64,000 bases of DNA, from assembly GCA_018304045.1 (NCBI GenBank), contig JAGVWZ010000016.1, forward strand, positions 18,063-82,062, in the 5' to 3' direction. Shown in pieces: positions 56,063 through 64,000 of the stretch (its first letter is position 1; every line of letters begins with the position of its first letter). A program made the translations under genes and the position numbers. The stretch comes from Candidatus Pacearchaeota archaeon. GTDB lineage: Archaea; Nanobdellota; Nanobdellia; Pacearchaeales; GW2011-AR1. The notes beneath the pieces were generated by a model that was not told the DNA's origin, did no database searches, and worked only from the letters and a program-made list of their open reading frames with translations.

Positions 56063-57016
56063 TCAAAATAGAGTTCTTTGTCTCTTAGTTACCAGTTCTA
56101 ATGCCATTTCAACGGATTTATCAGAATTAGATTCTATTTCTTTTTTTGCCTTTTCTAATGCTTTTAACCAAGAGGAATCATTTTTTGTTTTATGTGTAAT
56201 AAATAACATATGATATACAAAATTAAATTTTTTTGATTGTATTTTTATATCTTTAACAATACAATCCCCTTTTTCTTTCACAATATTTTCACTATAAACT
56301 TTTACTAAATCGTCAACATCATCTATAGATTTCCAAGACTCATCTCCAAAAAAAACATTTAATCCTTCTCCAGCACATTCTTTATATTTTTTAGCTAACT
56401 GAACTGTTCTTATTATCTGTCCACTCATTAATGTAAAAACAATATCACTCCTTAAGTTAAGAACTTTTTTCATTGATCCCCAATCAAATTCCATACAATG
56501 AGGATCAATGAAAAAGAAAGAATAACCTTGATCTTTATTAATCTCTCTTATAATATCATCTAGACATTCATTACAATTTTTTGAAAAAGTTAATAATTTC
56601 TGTTCTTTAAAATAATCTAGTCTTTCTTTTAATGAGTCAAAAAGAGATAAATCACTTTCACAGAAAAATAGTTTTGTAAATTTATTTCTGTATCTTAATG
56701 TAGCAATTAATGGAGAACCTATAAGAAAATCTTTTTTGTTCTTCATCTTATTTATCCCAGAACCGGCAAATAAATCCACATAATATTTGTTATCAAAATA
56801 TTTGTTGATTATGATAGTGCAGACGTCTAATGCATAATTTAGAAAGACTAATTTAAGTGGTGTCCATTCATTAAATTCATTATAAACCTCTGGTTGTATT
56901 TTTATTATTTCATCTATATCTTTCTTAAACTGAGAGTTTGTAACTTCTAGGGGTTGTATATGTTTCTTTAACCAGTCCATTCCTGTAATCTTTTCCATAC
57001 TAAACAAATAAAACAA
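56063..57016 (-). CDS. methyltransferase-like protein (DxFxGxG motif)
   Basis: VDLFAGSGI matches SAM-binding motif I of DNA methyltransferases; no clear motif IV. Confidence 0.4.
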   Translation of the reverse strand: MFYLFSMEKITGMDWLKKHIQPLEVTNSQFKKDIDEIIKIQPEVYNEFNEWTPLKLVFLNYALDVCTIIINKYFDNKYYVDLFAGSGINKMKNKKDFLIGSPLIATLRYRNKFTKLFFCESDLSLFDSLKERLDYFKEQKLLTFSKNCNECLDDIIREINKDQGYSFFFIDPHCMEFDWGSMKKVLNLRSDIVFTLMSGQIIRTVQLAKKYKECAGEGLNVFFGDESWKSIDDVDDLVKVYSENIVKEKGDCIVKDIKIQSKKFNFVYHMLFITHKTKNDSSWLKALEKAKKEIESNSDKSVEMALELVTKRQRTLF

Positions 57017-57018
57017 GA

Positions 57019-57423
57019 CTATTTAGGATTTATGTTTTTCACAAAAATCCTAACATCACTAAGTTTTGGATTAACAGTATCTTCATCTAACTTATCATCA
57101 TATCTAAATTGAATGAGTTTTAATCCATTTTCTTTACACTTGATAACCCTTAATTCATCATATCTCTTTCTTTGTTCTGTTCTTCCTTCTCTCCTATCCA
57201 TCAGTTTGTTTGGTTTAAAATGTTGTTTTCCCATATATTCAACAACTAACTTATAATCAGGAAAGTAAGCATCAACAGGAAGTTTAGATTGTTTATTTGT
57301 TTTTTTACTTACATCTCCCAAAAGAAAAGGAAATCTGTGTTGCAGGAGAACATTATCTGTTTTGAGAACTTTCTTAAAAAAATTTATACAATTCATTTCT
57401 CCTATTTTCTTTATTGATACCAT
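57019..57423 (-). CDS. hypothetical protein, possible PD-(D/E)xK nuclease fold
   Basis: VDAYFPDYKLVVEYMGKQH; first gene of the three-gene strand block. Confidence 0.3.
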   Translation of the reverse strand: MVSIKKIGEMNCINFFKKVLKTDNVLLQHRFPFLLGDVSKKTNKQSKLPVDAYFPDYKLVVEYMGKQHFKPNKLMDRREGRTEQRKRYDELRVIKCKENGLKLIQFRYDDKLDEDTVNPKLSDVRIFVKNINPK

Positions 57424-57549
57424 TTTTATAGTAAATCTTAAACTGGTTATTATTTATTAATTTCTATTATTAACTATTCAGTTTAACACTAAAAACCTTT
57501 AAAAGGCATAGGTTTATTATTATTTTAAGATTAATTAATAATCTTAAAT

Positions 57550-57620
57550 GGGCTATTAGGCTAGTGGCAAACCGATTCCTTTACACGGAATATTCACCAG
57601 TTCGATTCTGGTATGGCCCA
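57550..57620 (+). tRNA. tRNA-Val (anticodon TAC)
   Basis: Acceptor GGGCTAT/ATGGCCC (one G:U); anticodon stem ATTCC/GGAAT with loop TTTACAC; T-arm ACCAG-TTCGATT-CTGGT; discriminator A; D-stem imperfect. Confidence 0.6.
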
Positions 57621-58075
57621 TATAAATAAAATGAAGACCTCCATAAAAATACTTTTAATTGTAGTATATTTAATTGGTTTTACATTGTTATTACCTTTCT
57701 TTTTTAGTATGCTTGACAAACTTCCTGATTCTTATGCTTTGGGAGTTATCGCTGTCTTGATTATTGTTTTTATGTATTGTTTTATTCCATATAAAATCTG
57801 GAAGTTGAAAAAATGAGTTCATCAGTTTTATACACTAGAGGAATACCAATATTGATTGGGGTTATAATATCTTTTATACTCTATCTACTCTCACAATGGC
57901 TTTTGAACAGAAAAAAATGAGATTGTTTACACAAAAAATTCACTAGTTTGATTTTGACATAATTTCACATGTTTTTTTATAGATTTTTTGTTTTAGAAAA
58001 GTTTATAAGTTTACAATATGGAAAAATATATAGGGGTGAGAAGCACCTCAGGAGCTTATTCTGAGAAGATTTAAG

Positions 58076-59803
58076 ATGGAAAGAAAATCAGAATTTGGTG
58101 GAAAGGGAAATGGATTAGTTTGGCTTGCACAAAATACAGATTTAGGATATGATGTTCCTCAATTTGAAATTATAGACACTTCCTTCTATGAGCAATTTAA
58201 AGGGCAATCTCAAACTCCTCAAAGGTTAGAAGAAAAGTGTAGAGAACTTTCACAAAAATTTAGTGGTAGAGCAGTTTCAGTTAGAAGTTCAGGAGTTGTT
58301 TCTGAAGATAATGATAGATTTTCAGGAGCAGGAATTTATGAGACTTTCTTTTTAGAATCAATGCAATTAACTCCTCAAAGTCTTCATGATTCAGTTTTAA
58401 AGGTTTATTCATCAGTTGATTCAGAAAGAGCAGTTCAATATAGAAAAGAAGCTGGATTGGGAAATGAAAAAATGGCTGTTGTTGTACAAGAAATTGCTGA
58501 TGGGGAGAATGGAGTTTTTATGTCAAGATTACCTGCAAGAGCAGGAATAATTCCTGCTTCTTGGTCAAGAACAATTGGGGCAGTTGTTCAAGGAGATACA
58601 GAATCAGAAGTCCATAGAGCATTTTTTGCATTAACTAAAGATGGTTATAAATTAATGTTTTTAGATGAAAGCTCACCTTATACTGAAGCTACAAATCTAG
58701 GAAATAGATTAGTTCCTTTAACTCAAAGATTAAAAGAAAGATATGGTAAAGAATTTGAAGCAGAATTTTCATATAATCCTAAAAATGAAAAATTGTCTAT
58801 GTTACAAATAAGACCCTTAACAAATGTTCAAGATAAAGAAGTAAAGTTTCCTGATAAAGAACCAATTTTCACAGCAGAATTATGTATGGGTGTTGGAGAA
58901 TATATTGGTCTCATGGTTACTCCTGGAGGTAACACAAATCCTGTTAGAAAATTTTGGGATGAACCAAATCATTATGCTTTTGTTACACCAAGATTAGAAA
59001 AAACTATTCAAAGAGGTTTTGGAGGTTTAGGTTCTTTACTTGGTAAAGGTGATGATTTTGCTTTAGATTATGACCTATTAACTCCTGGTAAAAAAGCTAT
59101 TGTTTTAACACATCAAGCACTTCCAGGTATGCATGCTATGACTGTAGCAAATGAAAAAGGAATACTCTGTTTAGCAAGAGAATGTAATAAATTAGGTGAT
59201 GATGAATTAATTCATAGATATGGAGTAGATAGAGGTTATATAATGGAAATGTTGGGTGGAAGCACTTTATTAGATTCTCCAAAATTTGATATTCCTCTTG
59301 AAGAAGTTGGAAAATATATTCATGTGGTTTCAGACGGATTAAGAGGTCATGTTTATAGAGCAACAGAAGAAGAAGCAAGAGAATTTGAAAAAAGAATGTT
59401 GGGAGATGAAAGATTTGTAGTTTCAGAGATAAGCAGTCCATACGGTGGGGAACTTGCAGATAAGTTTTGGGATTGGGAATTTAAAATAAAACCTCAAACA
59501 GCATTAGTATCTTATCAAACAGTTTGCCAAGATTTTGTTGAACATATGAGAAGAGTATCAGGAAAAAGATTTAGATTAAATGTCTCTCCAGCAAATAATT
59601 CTTATGAACTCACTCATCCATCTAGTGAGTTTGAAGTATTTTATGCTCATTTTGACCCAGAAAAAAGAGATGAAGGAATTTTCTTTGCAACAGGAAGAGG
59701 AGTTTCAGATATATCTGATAAAGAAACAACAAGACAATGGTTTCAACAATTTGTAGACAGAGTTAAAAATCCAGATTATAAACCTCAAGTTGAAGAATAT
59801 TAA
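58076..59803 (+). CDS. PEP-utilising-enzyme N-terminal (PPDK_N, ATP-grasp-like nucleotide-binding) domain protein
   Basis: N-terminal FGGKGNGLVWL as in PEP synthase or rifampin phosphotransferase GGKxxxL motif; GC-richer than genome average. Confidence 0.55.
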   Translation: MERKSEFGGKGNGLVWLAQNTDLGYDVPQFEIIDTSFYEQFKGQSQTPQRLEEKCRELSQKFSGRAVSVRSSGVVSEDNDRFSGAGIYETFFLESMQLTPQSLHDSVLKVYSSVDSERAVQYRKEAGLGNEKMAVVVQEIADGENGVFMSRLPARAGIIPASWSRTIGAVVQGDTESEVHRAFFALTKDGYKLMFLDESSPYTEATNLGNRLVPLTQRLKERYGKEFEAEFSYNPKNEKLSMLQIRPLTNVQDKEVKFPDKEPIFTAELCMGVGEYIGLMVTPGGNTNPVRKFWDEPNHYAFVTPRLEKTIQRGFGGLGSLLGKGDDFALDYDLLTPGKKAIVLTHQALPGMHAMTVANEKGILCLARECNKLGDDELIHRYGVDRGYIMEMLGGSTLLDSPKFDIPLEEVGKYIHVVSDGLRGHVYRATEEEAREFEKRMLGDERFVVSEISSPYGGELADKFWDWEFKIKPQTALVSYQTVCQDFVEHMRRVSGKRFRLNVSPANNSYELTHPSSEFEVFYAHFDPEKRDEGIFFATGRGVSDISDKETTRQWFQQFVDRVKNPDYKPQVEEY

Positions 59804-61097
59804 CATGTTACCAAAAACAGAAATAGATAGATACGGAGGAAAAGCAGCAATCTTGAATCATATTAGAGACAACACGGATTTACCTATTCCACCTTATGTT
59901 GTCGTGCAGGCAGGTCAAGAGATGAGTTCAATAAATGGAGATTTTGATTCTATGAAAAAACCAGTAATTGTAAGGTCGTCTTCACCTTATGAGTATGGAG
60001 ATTTTGAAGGAATTTTTGAATCTGTAAGAGATGTAACTAATAGAGCTCAACTTGAAATGGCTGTAAGAGATGTTCAAGAAAGTGCAAGAAGTGAAAGAGC
60101 AAAACAATATGCAGAACAACATGGATTTAAAATTAGAGAAAATATTCATTTGATTGTTCAAGAACAAACTCCTTCTTTAAGTGGAGGAATGTTAAGACAT
60201 CCAAATAATCCAGATTTAGTATTTATTACATATTTTGAAGGAAGAGGGAAATACAATCAACATTATCACACTTTCCTTTTTGATGAAACAACAGGTGATG
60301 AAAGATATTGTAGAGGATTTACCTCTCATGGAATAGAAAGAAAAGATGCACAATTTTTAGTTGAACAGTATAAAAAGATTGAAGGACTTGAGCAAATTGC
60401 AGATGATTCTACATTATTTGTAGAATTTGGATTTAATCCATTTGCAGTTTATCAAGCAAGACCATTTATGAAAAAACAAATTGCAGACTTTAAATTACCT
60501 GATAATGATTCCGAAAATGATTTAAGAACTGATTTTGTTTTAGGAGTAACCCCTCCTGAAGGTGTATGTTTACCTATTGTAAAAAGTGTTGGATATGACT
60601 TTGCTTTAGCAGCAGTTAATGATGCTGGTAGATTAATGGCAGATGATAGAATGTATCGAGGATTAGATGAAATATTAAAACATGGTCTTGTAACAGTTGG
60701 AATGGTAAGGCAATTTGGAGGACAAATTAACGAGATGGAAGCAACAACTTCCAAAATGAGGGAACTTTATTATGATGCAGAACAACATTTTGAAGGTAAG
60801 CCTTATGGTTTATTAATGAGTAATGCAGAAAGAGACCCATATGATTTAGATTTAATGGTACCAAATATGAGGGGTCTTGTTATAGGCCAAACAGATAGAT
60901 TTTTAGTTCATAATCTAATGAGATTATTCAAGAGAGCAGATGTTACATTAGGAATTGGTCCAAATTTATTTCATACTGAATTTTATAAAAATAGAAATGC
61001 TCAATCTTTTTCTGGAAGGGTTAGGTTATATAGTAATGGAAAAGAAGGAGTTGCTACATTAGAAGAACTTCCTAAAGAAGATGATTGGGAAAATTAA
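59790..61097 (+). CDS. second PPDK_N-domain protein (tandem paralog)
   Basis: YGGKAAILNHI motif; overlaps the upstream gene by 14 nt. Confidence 0.5.
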   Translation: MKNINMLPKTEIDRYGGKAAILNHIRDNTDLPIPPYVVVQAGQEMSSINGDFDSMKKPVIVRSSSPYEYGDFEGIFESVRDVTNRAQLEMAVRDVQESARSERAKQYAEQHGFKIRENIHLIVQEQTPSLSGGMLRHPNNPDLVFITYFEGRGKYNQHYHTFLFDETTGDERYCRGFTSHGIERKDAQFLVEQYKKIEGLEQIADDSTLFVEFGFNPFAVYQARPFMKKQIADFKLPDNDSENDLRTDFVLGVTPPEGVCLPIVKSVGYDFALAAVNDAGRLMADDRMYRGLDEILKHGLVTVGMVRQFGGQINEMEATTSKMRELYYDAEQHFEGKPYGLLMSNAERDPYDLDLMVPNMRGLVIGQTDRFLVHNLMRLFKRADVTLGIGPNLFHTEFYKNRNAQSFSGRVRLYSNGKEGVATLEELPKEDDWEN

Positions 61098-61170
61098 ATA
61101 ATATACAAATAGATTCTAAACATTATTACTAAAAAAGGAACAAAAAGGTTCATATTGGTGTAAACGAGGT

Positions 61171-61224
61171 GGTTTGCCACTAGCCTAATCGCCCATTAGA
61201 TTATTATTCATAATCTTAAAATAA
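61171..61224 (-). pseudogene. inverted partial copy of tRNA-Val (promoter + positions 1-26, then divergent anticodon stem with the same TTTACAC loop)
   Basis: Reverse complement reads tattttaagattatgaataataatctaat-GGGCGATTAGGCTAGTGGCAAACC-ACCTCGTTTACACC, versus ttattttaagattaattaataatcttaaat-GGGCTATTAGGCTAGTGGCAAACC-GATTCCTTTACACGGAAT at 57521..57590. Confidence 0.45.
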
Positions 61225-61344
61225 CTAAAAGTTAAGCATTTAAAAAGCTTACCTGCTTGAAAATAAAGGTTTTGACAACATCTTTAAAAGTTTCTGAATA
61301 AGATTTTACATAATATATTTAAGCAATCATAAAATAAAAATAAG

Positions 61345-61860
61345 ATGAGATTATTAAAAAGTTCAATGTTAGCACTTGCAGTATTAGGATTTGCAGGATG
61401 TCATGAATCAGCAATTCAACAAACAACACAAACATCAACTCTAAGAAAAATAGATATTGATATAAGGACAGGAGATGATTTCTTATATTTATTGAAGTTT
61501 CAGTATGGTATTAATATTTCAGAAGAACAAAGACAATCAATAAAAGAATCCTGGAAAAGAATAGATCCAAGTGAAAAAGCTTTTTTAGCAAAAACATATC
61601 AAAATCCTTTTTCATTAATTGATTCTTTTGATAAAGAGGATCTTGAGTTTTATACATCTGCCAATCCAGATACTCTTTCTGATAAAGAAAAACAAGATTT
61701 TTTAAAATACTACCCTTGGATGGATTTTAAAAATCCATCTAAACTAGATAAGACAAAAAATCCTTTTCAATATCAAAGAAGAATTGCAGACAAGATAATA
61801 ATCATTCATGAGAAAACTCTTGAGGCAATTGCAGAAAGCGGAATATTAGCATTCCCTTAG
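61345..61860 (+). CDS. lipoprotein-like secreted protein
   Basis: Signal peptide with lipobox-like LGFAGC. Confidence 0.4.
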   Translation: MRLLKSSMLALAVLGFAGCHESAIQQTTQTSTLRKIDIDIRTGDDFLYLLKFQYGINISEEQRQSIKESWKRIDPSEKAFLAKTYQNPFSLIDSFDKEDLEFYTSANPDTLSDKEKQDFLKYYPWMDFKNPSKLDKTKNPFQYQRRIADKIIIIHEKTLEAIAESGILAFP

Positions 61861-61869
61861 TCTATTCTA

Positions 61870-64000
61870 TTAACAAATATTCTCAAATAATTGTATTTCA
61901 TTAATATGCCTATTATCCCCACCACCATTAATTTCTATTCCAATATTTCTAACTCTATCAATCTTTGGAAAAAATTCAGTACCATTTATATATGAAGCAC
62001 AGGAATAGTTTTTGCTTCCAAGTAATCCTAAATTCACATCATAGAATTTAATTGTTCCAAAATTACCAATTCCCCCTTCACATATGAAATTATATGCAGC
62101 AATAGAATAATCTCTTGTAAAACCAATATAATAATTTACATCTTGGCTATCACCTGAATTCCATGAACTTCCAGGATTTCCATCAACAGCAGAGCGAGTA
62201 TAACTTCCTGAAGCTGTCTTTGTTGCATCTGTTGCTTGGCCAATTGCAATATTTTGAGCTGTACATTTTTTCTGGCAGTTCAAACAATTCAATTGAGGTA
62301 TGCATCCAAATACCTTGAATTCTTGAACATTTCCTGAATCATACCTATTCTCTCCTCTTTCTCCGATTTTAACACTTACTTTATTTGCAAAAACATTGTT
62401 TAAGGCATAAGAGTTTCTTGCTATTTGACCATATTTGCACTGATATGTATAATTAGATGTTTTTCCTTTTGAATCAATAAAATAGATTGTTCCATAATTT
62501 CCTTGCACACCTTCACACTGAAGTTCATATGTATTTATTTTATATTCAAGAGGATAGGTTATATTTAAGTATTGGACTCCAAGTGCCCCTGAATTCCACG
62601 ATGTTCCATAATTATTATCAATCGCAAGGTTTGGATCGCTAAGAGATGGATTTGTATAAGCTATTGCAGATTTTTCAGGTAGCTCAACTGAACCACTACA
62701 ATCCCCACTACATCCGCAGTTTATTGTAGCTCCACACCCATCACTCCATTCTCCACAAGTTTTTCCAAGGCTTTGGCATGTAGCTCTTTTACAAATACAT
62801 TTTTTATTATTGCATTCATATCCAGGAAGACAATTCTCTTGACAAGAACCATCATAAAATCCATACATCTCAAACTCAGCTATATTCCTTTCACCAGTCC
62901 CACCAGAAGCTTCAATAACAACTTTTTTAACACCTTCAACAGGCTCAATAATCTGCTCTTGAAATACTAAGAACTGTTTACACAAATATGTTTTTGAATA
63001 TTTAAGATTACTCAATGCATCATAAAGATATACAGTACCTGTATTTCCATTACCACTACCATCACATTTTATAGAATAATCTAAAATAGTATAACTATCA
63101 AGAAGATCAATTGATAATGTTGCTGTTCCAGTATTTATTTTAGATTTCCAGGAATTATATGTAGTTCCATCAACAGCCAAAAGAGCAGACCACCAATCTC
63201 CATGAGAAGCATTTACAGGCTTTTTCAAAGCAACATTTTCTATATTATCTGGAGCTAATGCTTCAGCAGAGGACAAGACTTCTGACACTTGATCCATCTC
63301 ATCAGTCTGGCCAGGAATATAACAACCAGATAGATTATATTGGACTAATGTGAATTTAACATTAGTTTTCAGAGCATTCTTTGGTATAGTCATAGTGAAT
63401 TCACCATAATTTATTTTTCCACCTTTTTTTCCAATAGTCACAGAAACAGTTTTTAATGCTTTTTTAGAAGTGCAAGCAGCTAATATGCCATCATGGTCAG
63501 TGTATTTGTATGTCTCTATTTTTGTAGTATCAGGATATTTTGAATAGCTCATTGAAACATTAGCAGCAATACTAAAATTTACATGAGGTTTTATAATATA
63601 AGCAATACCATCTAATATCATATTATCTTTCTCTCTTATCATATAAACAGAAGTTGTTGCTGTTTGAGAATTTCCCCCAACCCTGTCTGCTTTATTATAA
63701 CATACAGGAACACCATTTGGATTTGTTGAACCAATCTCTGTAGCAGTATTACAACATCTTTGGATTGTCATGCCTTCTTCAGTTGTTGAAAAGACAGGTC
63801 CAACTCCTTTAATTGGTTCAAATCCAGTAGGACATAACTGTGGAATGCATAATGGAAGTCTAATTGTTAGAGGTAACATTCCGCCTAGCTTAGTCTTTTT
63901 TACTATGTTTCCACATTTCTCATCCTTAGTACAGCAATATTCTCCCTTGGTTAAATATGGGTTCTTGCAATTAGTTTCTCCAGCAGCGAGATTACATTGT
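61870..64000 (-). CDS. secreted Cys-rich protein with three discoidin (F5/8 type C)-like domains and EGF-like linkers; N-terminus beyond window end
   Basis: Repeated N(I/V/L)A..K......AVDG....SW.S blocks; Cys-rich CQENCLPGYECNNKKCICKRATC linker; the frame remains open upstream of the listed start to position 64000. Confidence 0.5.
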   Translation of the reverse strand, partial: QCNLAAGETNCKNPYLTKGEYCCTKDEKCGNIVKKTKLGGMLPLTIRLPLCIPQLCPTGFEPIKGVGPVFSTTEEGMTIQRCCNTATEIGSTNPNGVPVCYNKADRVGGNSQTATTSVYMIREKDNMILDGIAYIIKPHVNFSIAANVSMSYSKYPDTTKIETYKYTDHDGILAACTSKKALKTVSVTIGKKGGKINYGEFTMTIPKNALKTNVKFTLVQYNLSGCYIPGQTDEMDQVSEVLSSAEALAPDNIENVALKKPVNASHGDWWSALLAVDGTTYNSWKSKINTGTATLSIDLLDSYTILDYSIKCDGSGNGNTGTVYLYDALSNLKYSKTYLCKQFLVFQEQIIEPVEGVKKVVIEASGGTGERNIAEFEMYGFYDGSCQENCLPGYECNNKKCICKRATCQSLGKTCGEWSDGCGATINCGCSGDCSGSVELPEKSAIAYTNPSLSDPNLAIDNNYGTSWNSGALGVQYLNITYPLEYKINTYELQCEGVQGNYGTIYFIDSKGKTSNYTYQCKYGQIARNSYALNNVFANKVSVKIGERGENRYDSGNVQEFKVFGCIPQLNCLNCQKKCTAQNIAIGQATDATKTASGSYTRSAVDGNPGSSWNSGDSQDVNYYIGFTRDYSIAAYNFICEGGIGNFGTIKFYDVNLGLLGSKNYSCASYINGTEFFPKIDRVRNIGIEINGGGDNRHINEIQLFENIC

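Noticed and set aside
1-64000. CRISPR arrays or rRNA genes
   Set aside because: No regularly spaced direct repeats with unique spacers and no long GC-rich structured rRNA-like stretch were seen.

Overview
AT-rich (~30% GC) archaeal chromosome segment. The archaeal assignment rests on a group II chaperonin (thermosome), a tRNA-Tyr with a C1:G72 pair, and a tRNA-Gly carrying a ~55-nt intron after position 37 of the anticodon loop. Gene content and the many small proteins resemble DPANN-type archaea. Housekeeping core: adenosylcobalamin-type class II ribonucleotide reductase preceded by a bacterial-type NrdR repressor with NrdR-box-like palindromes; an ArsR-IscS-DUF1858-IscU Fe-S operon; PRPP synthetase; a RecJ/DHH nuclease; thermosome; HtrA protease; CDGSH and TRASH metal-binding proteins. 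Most striking: three of the four tRNA genes (Asp, Tyr, Gly) are each followed by a tandem array of short cassettes. Every cassette is bounded by a 10-15 bp copy of the tRNA 3' end. The cassettes carry RelE/ParE plus AbrB-type toxin-antitoxin pairs, Fic proteins and small enzymes. Cassette ends at the Gly and Asp arrays share a ~55-bp conserved motif, so this looks like integron-like tandem site-specific integration. Other notable items: a ~115-nt structured element in the nrdJ leader that is duplicated at a second locus with compensatory stem changes; a ~145-bp MITE-like element in two copies with perfect 12-bp terminal inverted repeats; an SNF2 helicase with an overlapping multi-zinc-ribbon partner; a membrane-anchored Schlafen/AlbA_2 protein; a plasmid-like integrated element (tyrosine integrase plus primase-polymerase/SF3 helicase with iteron-like repeats inside its 3' end); a three-gene candidate DNA-modification operon; an inverted partial copy of tRNA-Val including its promoter; and tandem PPDK_N (PEP-utilising ATP-grasp-like) paralogs. 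No CRISPR array or rRNA was seen.
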